Origin: Candidatus Calditenuaceae archaeon HR02
Lineage (GTDB): Archaea; Thermoproteota; Nitrososphaeria_A; Caldarchaeales; Calditenuaceae
DNA: 9,001 nt
Direction: 5' to 3'
Assembly: GCA_002898395.1 (NCBI GenBank)
Contig: BEHE01000032.1
Location: forward strand, 1 to 9,001
A model generated the notes under the pieces. It saw only the letters and a list, made by a program, of their open reading frames with translations. It did no database searches and was not told where the DNA came from. The position numbers were made by a program, and so were the translations under genes. Positions 6,818 to 9,001 of the stretch are shown piece after piece. Numbering within the stretch: the first letter of the stretch is position 1; the number at the start of each line of letters is the position of its first letter.

Positions 6818-7384
6818 ATGCACCCTCATCATGCCCACGAACACGCGCATGCCGGTTTAACGGGCTCCCTCATCGCGGATCATGAGACAATTCTCACAGC
6901 ACTTGACAGACTTGAGCTGAGGCTTAGCGAGATGAAGAGAAGGGGAGCGGTAGATGTTGAGACGTTTAACAAGTTCCTCATCTTCGCCAGGTCCTTCATT
7001 GATAAGTGTCATCACGGGAAGGAGGAGAGGTGTCTCTTCCCCTGCCTCGAGAGGAGGGGGATCCCACGCGAGGGTGGGCCGATAGGTGTCATGCTCTATG
7101 AGCACGAGCTGGGGCGTAAACTGGTGTGGGAGCTGGACGAGCTCTTAAGATCATATAGTGAGGGGAAGGCGACTCCAGAGACCATATTCTCTAAATGCGA
7201 GGAATATATCCAGCTCCTCAGGCAACACATAGCGAAGGAGAACAACGTCCTATTCCCGGCCGGCGAATCTGCCGCGGGGCGAGAGGATGTTAGAGAGGTT
7301 ACCGAGTGCTATGAGGTGATCGAGGGAAAAGAGGTTGGGCATGAAGTCCATGGGGAGCTAGAGAGGCTGGCCAAAGAACTCTAA
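6818..7384 (+). CDS. Hemerythrin-like (HHE cation-binding) domain protein with a His-rich N-terminus
   Basis: Four His/Glu helix motifs typical of hemerythrin-like di-iron domains are present: IADHETI, KCHHGKEERCLFP, MLYEHELG, RQHIAKENNVLFP. The N-terminus is MHPHHAHEHAH. ATG 6818 is preferred over GTG 6806 because AGGTG (6804..6808) lies 9 nt upstream of it. Only 14-26 nt separate it from the glycerate kinase stop. Confidence 0.85.
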   Translation: MHPHHAHEHAHAGLTGSLIADHETILTALDRLELRLSEMKRRGAVDVETFNKFLIFARSFIDKCHHGKEERCLFPCLERRGIPREGGPIGVMLYEHELGRKLVWELDELLRSYSEGKATPETIFSKCEEYIQLLRQHIAKENNVLFPAGESAAGREDVREVTECYEVIEGKEVGHEVHGELERLAKEL

Positions 7385-7857
7385 ACGATATTCACCAGTC
7401 TATGTGATGTGGCATCAATCTCTTCTTGTTTAACTATTCTGACAGGGTTGGTGTAATATGACGGGGAGGCTCCAAGCAATGAGAGTTGAGGTCACCCACC
7501 GAGCGACTCGTCATCCAGCTCCACCATCTTGTTGTCGGTGTGAACCGCGCCGTAGATACTGTACTCCCCCATCACCACAAGTCATGTGGCGTTGCTGTGG
7601 CAGGGGTAGCCTATTGTCTCGGCTACCTTTTAATCCAGCCGTTCTGAACCAGCATCTGCGCTGCTACCAGCGCAAAGGCAGCATCCGTAGCATAGTACTA
7701 TTGATCATGCCACCTGCCGCGTGTTATTCCAAGCTGGTCATAAGCTCTATCACCGACTATGAGGAATAGTCTGCTGTCTTTGAAATTCACACATCTGTAT
7801 AGCGACCCTTTTCCAACACTTCCTATGAAAATATTTCAACCCCCTTGAGGCGCCCAT
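7381..7857 (-). pseudogene. Decayed minus-strand gene remnant of unknown family
   Basis: My hand translation of the minus strand gives these protein-like segments: NIFIGSVGKGSLYRCVNFKDSRLFLIVGDRAYDQLGITRGRWHDQ, then TAG at 7700..7698; YYATDAAFALVAAQMLVQNGWIKR, then TAG at 7625..7623 and a frame change; VAETIGYPCHSNAT, then TGA at 7584..7582; LVVMGEYSIYGAVHTDNKMVELDDESLGG, then TGA at 7494..7492; PQLSLLGASPSYYTNPVRIVKQEEIDATSHRLVNIV, then TAG at 7383..7381. The only upstream ATG (7857) is in a different frame from the first segment. No intact ORF of 60 aa or more exists on this strand. Confidence 0.4.
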
Positions 7858-7897
7858 GCTCTTAACGTTGGGGGTTTCAGGGCCTTCAGATACGTTA

Positions 7898-7937
7898 TCT
7901 CTACCCACTTTTGGTCCTTCGGGATATTAGGTAGAGA
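7898..7937 (+). repeat. Inverted repeat / hairpin with an inner cUUCGg tetraloop
   Basis: TCTCTACC (7898..7905) pairs perfectly with GGTAGAGA (7930..7937), giving 8 bp. Inside it, GTCC-TTCG-GGAT (7914..7925) forms a short stem capped by a UUCG tetraloop on the plus-strand RNA. The function is unknown. Confidence 0.5.
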
Positions 7938-7996
7938 GGTCTTTAAGAATCGGGTTGTAGGACACTAAAAGGCGTGCCGTACTCGACCGTATTAAA

Positions 7997-8004
7997 TTTA
8001 TTTA
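7997..8004 (+). promoter_or_regulatory. TATA-like TTTATTTA upstream of the membrane zinc-ribbon gene
   Basis: An AT-rich block ATTAAATTTATTTAT (7991..8005) lies ~40 nt upstream of ATG 8044. It could also act on the minus strand (CATAAATAAATTTAAT) for the decayed gene. Confidence 0.3.
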
Positions 8005-8043
8005 TGGATGTGATTGGATAAGGAGGAGCGCTGGTAGGCCTTC

Positions 8044-8676
8044 ATGGCGTCGCTGGCTCGAGTAGCTGGGTCTATTATTGCGGCTTTCGGCGGGGCCATC
8101 CTCGCCCCGCTGTTAGTGTATCTTGGCATTAGCATTCCCTTCCCAGCTACTGCTCTAGGGCTAGTGATTGTGGCCCTAGTCCCGGCGATACTTTGCAGAT
8201 CGTTCACGACCGCCTCAATAGCCTCTATAGCCGGTATATTGGCAGGACTGATAGTTTGGCTCACGCTCATTTATAACCCAGTTATGGACGCCATCGTAGG
8301 CGCCGTTGCAGGAAACCTGCTCGTGGACCCCACGCTGGCCTATATCCTCCTCTTGGCCGCGATGGCGCTTGTCTCTGGAGCCGTGGGTCTCGCGCTCTCA
8401 CCGCGAGAAGAGGTGATAAAAGCTGCCCTGGAGCGGGAGTCCGAGGAGGGGGTAGCCGTCGAGGTACCGCCCGCGGCCGAGAGTGAAAAGAGTGTTGCTG
8501 AGGGCGAAGTCGGAGCTGTGGAACCACATCGAGGAGAGGCGCCTGCCGTGGCTGCTGAGGTTGAGGCCCCCACCGCGGGCGAGGAAGTGGTTTATGTCAA
8601 GTGTATCCACTGTGGCGAGCCTGTTCCTGAGGAGGCGGTCTACTGCCCCCACTGTGGCAAAAGGGTCAAGGCATGA
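8044..8676 (+). CDS. Membrane protein with an acidic Ala/Glu/Val-rich linker and a C-terminal zinc ribbon
   Basis: About four N-terminal hydrophobic helices (for example IIAAFGGAILAPLLVYLGI, LGLVIVALVPAILC, IASIAGILAGLIVWLTLI, AYILLLAAMALVSGAVGLAL). These are followed by a low-complexity acidic stretch (EEGVAVEVPPAAESEKSVAEGEVGAVEPHRGEAPAVAAEVEAPTAGEE). The protein ends in CIHCGEPVPEEAVYCPHCGKRV (CxxC-x11-CxxC). ATG 8044 is the first start after the in-frame TAG at 8035. Confidence 0.8.
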   Translation: MASLARVAGSIIAAFGGAILAPLLVYLGISIPFPATALGLVIVALVPAILCRSFTTASIASIAGILAGLIVWLTLIYNPVMDAIVGAVAGNLLVDPTLAYILLLAAMALVSGAVGLALSPREEVIKAALERESEEGVAVEVPPAAESEKSVAEGEVGAVEPHRGEAPAVAAEVEAPTAGEEVVYVKCIHCGEPVPEEAVYCPHCGKRVKA

Positions 8677-8679
8677 GCA

Positions 8680-8913
8680 TCAAGAGGTTTTACGGCTCTG
8701 CTGGAGTAGCGCCAGCCCCACCCAAGCTATGAAGGCTGTCACTCCCGTAACCGAGGCTAAGATTAATAGTCTCACTTGTAGGGGCCTCCACACCTCGCTC
8801 GGCGGCCTAAAAAAGATTAAGAGATAGATCACCTCCAGCGCTAGACCCAGCCCTATCAGCAAGTATCCAACAATGCCCAGCATCCTCCCCTCTATAGCCA
8901 ACCCCTCCAACAT
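8680..8913 (-). CDS. Small (77 aa) two-helix membrane protein, function unknown
   Basis: The ORF has two clear hydrophobic spans (LGIVGYLLIGLGLALEVIYLLIFF and LLILASVTGVTAFIAWVGLALL). GGGAGGT lies immediately upstream of ATG 8913, with unusually short spacing; an alternative ATG is at 8883. It is convergent with the 8044..8676 gene, with 3 bp between the stop codons. The competing plus-strand ORF 8483..8827 is Arg-rich and not protein-like. Confidence 0.55.
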   Translation of the reverse strand: MLEGLAIEGRMLGIVGYLLIGLGLALEVIYLLIFFRPPSEVWRPLQVRLLILASVTGVTAFIAWVGLALLQQSRKTS

Positions 8914-9001
8914 AACCTCCCAAGCCAGGTATTACGAATAGGTTATGAGTATGGACGTGATGGATGGTGTATGGAGGGCTTGTCTGAGGACGGGATGGAG
9001 C

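Noticed and set aside
5528-7105. Minus-strand ORFs inside the glycerate kinase and hemerythrin genes (5528..5716, 5744..6046, 6128..6382, 6857..7105)
   Set aside because: They are antisense to CDSs that have family-diagnostic motifs along their full length.
7492-7700. In-frame TAG/TGA codons in the remnant as pyrrolysine or selenocysteine recoding sites
   Set aside because: Both stop types occur together with at least one frame change and a missing start. No SECIS-like hairpin is evident next to the TGAs. Decay explains all of the disruptions more simply.
7741-7760. VGDRAYD in the remnant resembles the D-(R/K)-(A/G)-Y-D motif of IS4/IS5-type DDE transposases, suggesting an IS fragment
   Set aside because: This is a single short motif. 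I found no terminal inverted repeats and no other transposase blocks. The only flanking similarity is a weak direct ATGTGAT word (about 7403 and about 8006), which is within chance expectation.
7458-7769. 103 aa plus-strand ORF (MTGRLQAMRVEVTHRATRHPAPPSCCRCEPRRRYC...)
   Set aside because: The composition is Arg/Cys/Pro-rich and unlike a real protein. There is no SD or TATA in a sensible position. The opposite strand reads as protein-like segments. It is most likely the stop-free antisense shadow of the decayed minus-strand gene.
7898-7937. tRNA or tRNA fragment, because GGTAGAG resembles a D-arm
   Set aside because: No acceptor stem, anticodon arm or GTTCRANYC T-loop can be drawn around it.
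7998-8827. ORFs 7998..8270 (-), 8282..8527 (-), 8340..8573 (-), 8398..8652 (-) and 8483..8827 (+)
   Set aside because: They overlap the membrane/zinc-ribbon gene. Their Arg/Pro/Ser-rich translations arise from the GC-rich acidic-linker coding region. The plus-strand frame starting at 8044 has coherent transmembrane helices and a zinc ribbon.
8945-9001. Plus-strand reading frame open to the right edge (MSMDVMDGVWRACLRTGWS...)
   Set aside because: Only 19 codons are visible and no clear promoter or SD is present. There is too little sequence to call a gene.
1-9001. CRISPR arrays, rRNA/tRNA genes, integrases/transposases, toxin-antitoxin pairs or known defence genes
   Set aside because: I saw no regularly spaced direct repeats, no conserved RNA-gene signatures and no matching protein motifs anywhere in the six frames.

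Overview
The window looks like ordinary chromosomal DNA from an archaeon, probably a thermophilic member of the Thermoproteota/Crenarchaeota. That placement is an inference from three things: TTTATA-type boxes about 25 nt upstream of candidate starts, (G)AGGTG ribosome-binding motifs before internal operon genes, and the gene content. I support nine intact protein genes. (1) A minus-strand V4R-domain ligand-binding protein. (2) Divergent from it, a 380-390 aa regulator that looks like two tandem winged-helix (Lrp/AsnC-like) modules. (3) An MFS transporter. (4-7) A tight plus-strand cluster of a four-CxxC zinc-ribbon plus C-terminal winged-helix protein, a HAD-IA-like phosphatase, a MOFRL-family glycerate 2-kinase (the strongest call) and a hemerythrin-like HHE protein. 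(8) A membrane protein with a C-terminal zinc ribbon. (9) A convergent small membrane protein. The roughly 660 bp between the hemerythrin gene and gene 8 has no intact gene. Its minus strand reads as protein-like segments broken by TAG/TGA stops and frameshifts, so I call it a decayed gene. I found no rRNA, tRNA, CRISPR array, IS element or recognisable defence system. The parts most worth follow-up are the regulator/HAD/glycerate-kinase/hemerythrin cluster, the V4R sensor/double-wHTH/MFS neighbourhood, the gene remnant and two unusual intergenic regions. All functional links between genes are inference. All family calls come from motif recognition by eye, not from database searches.
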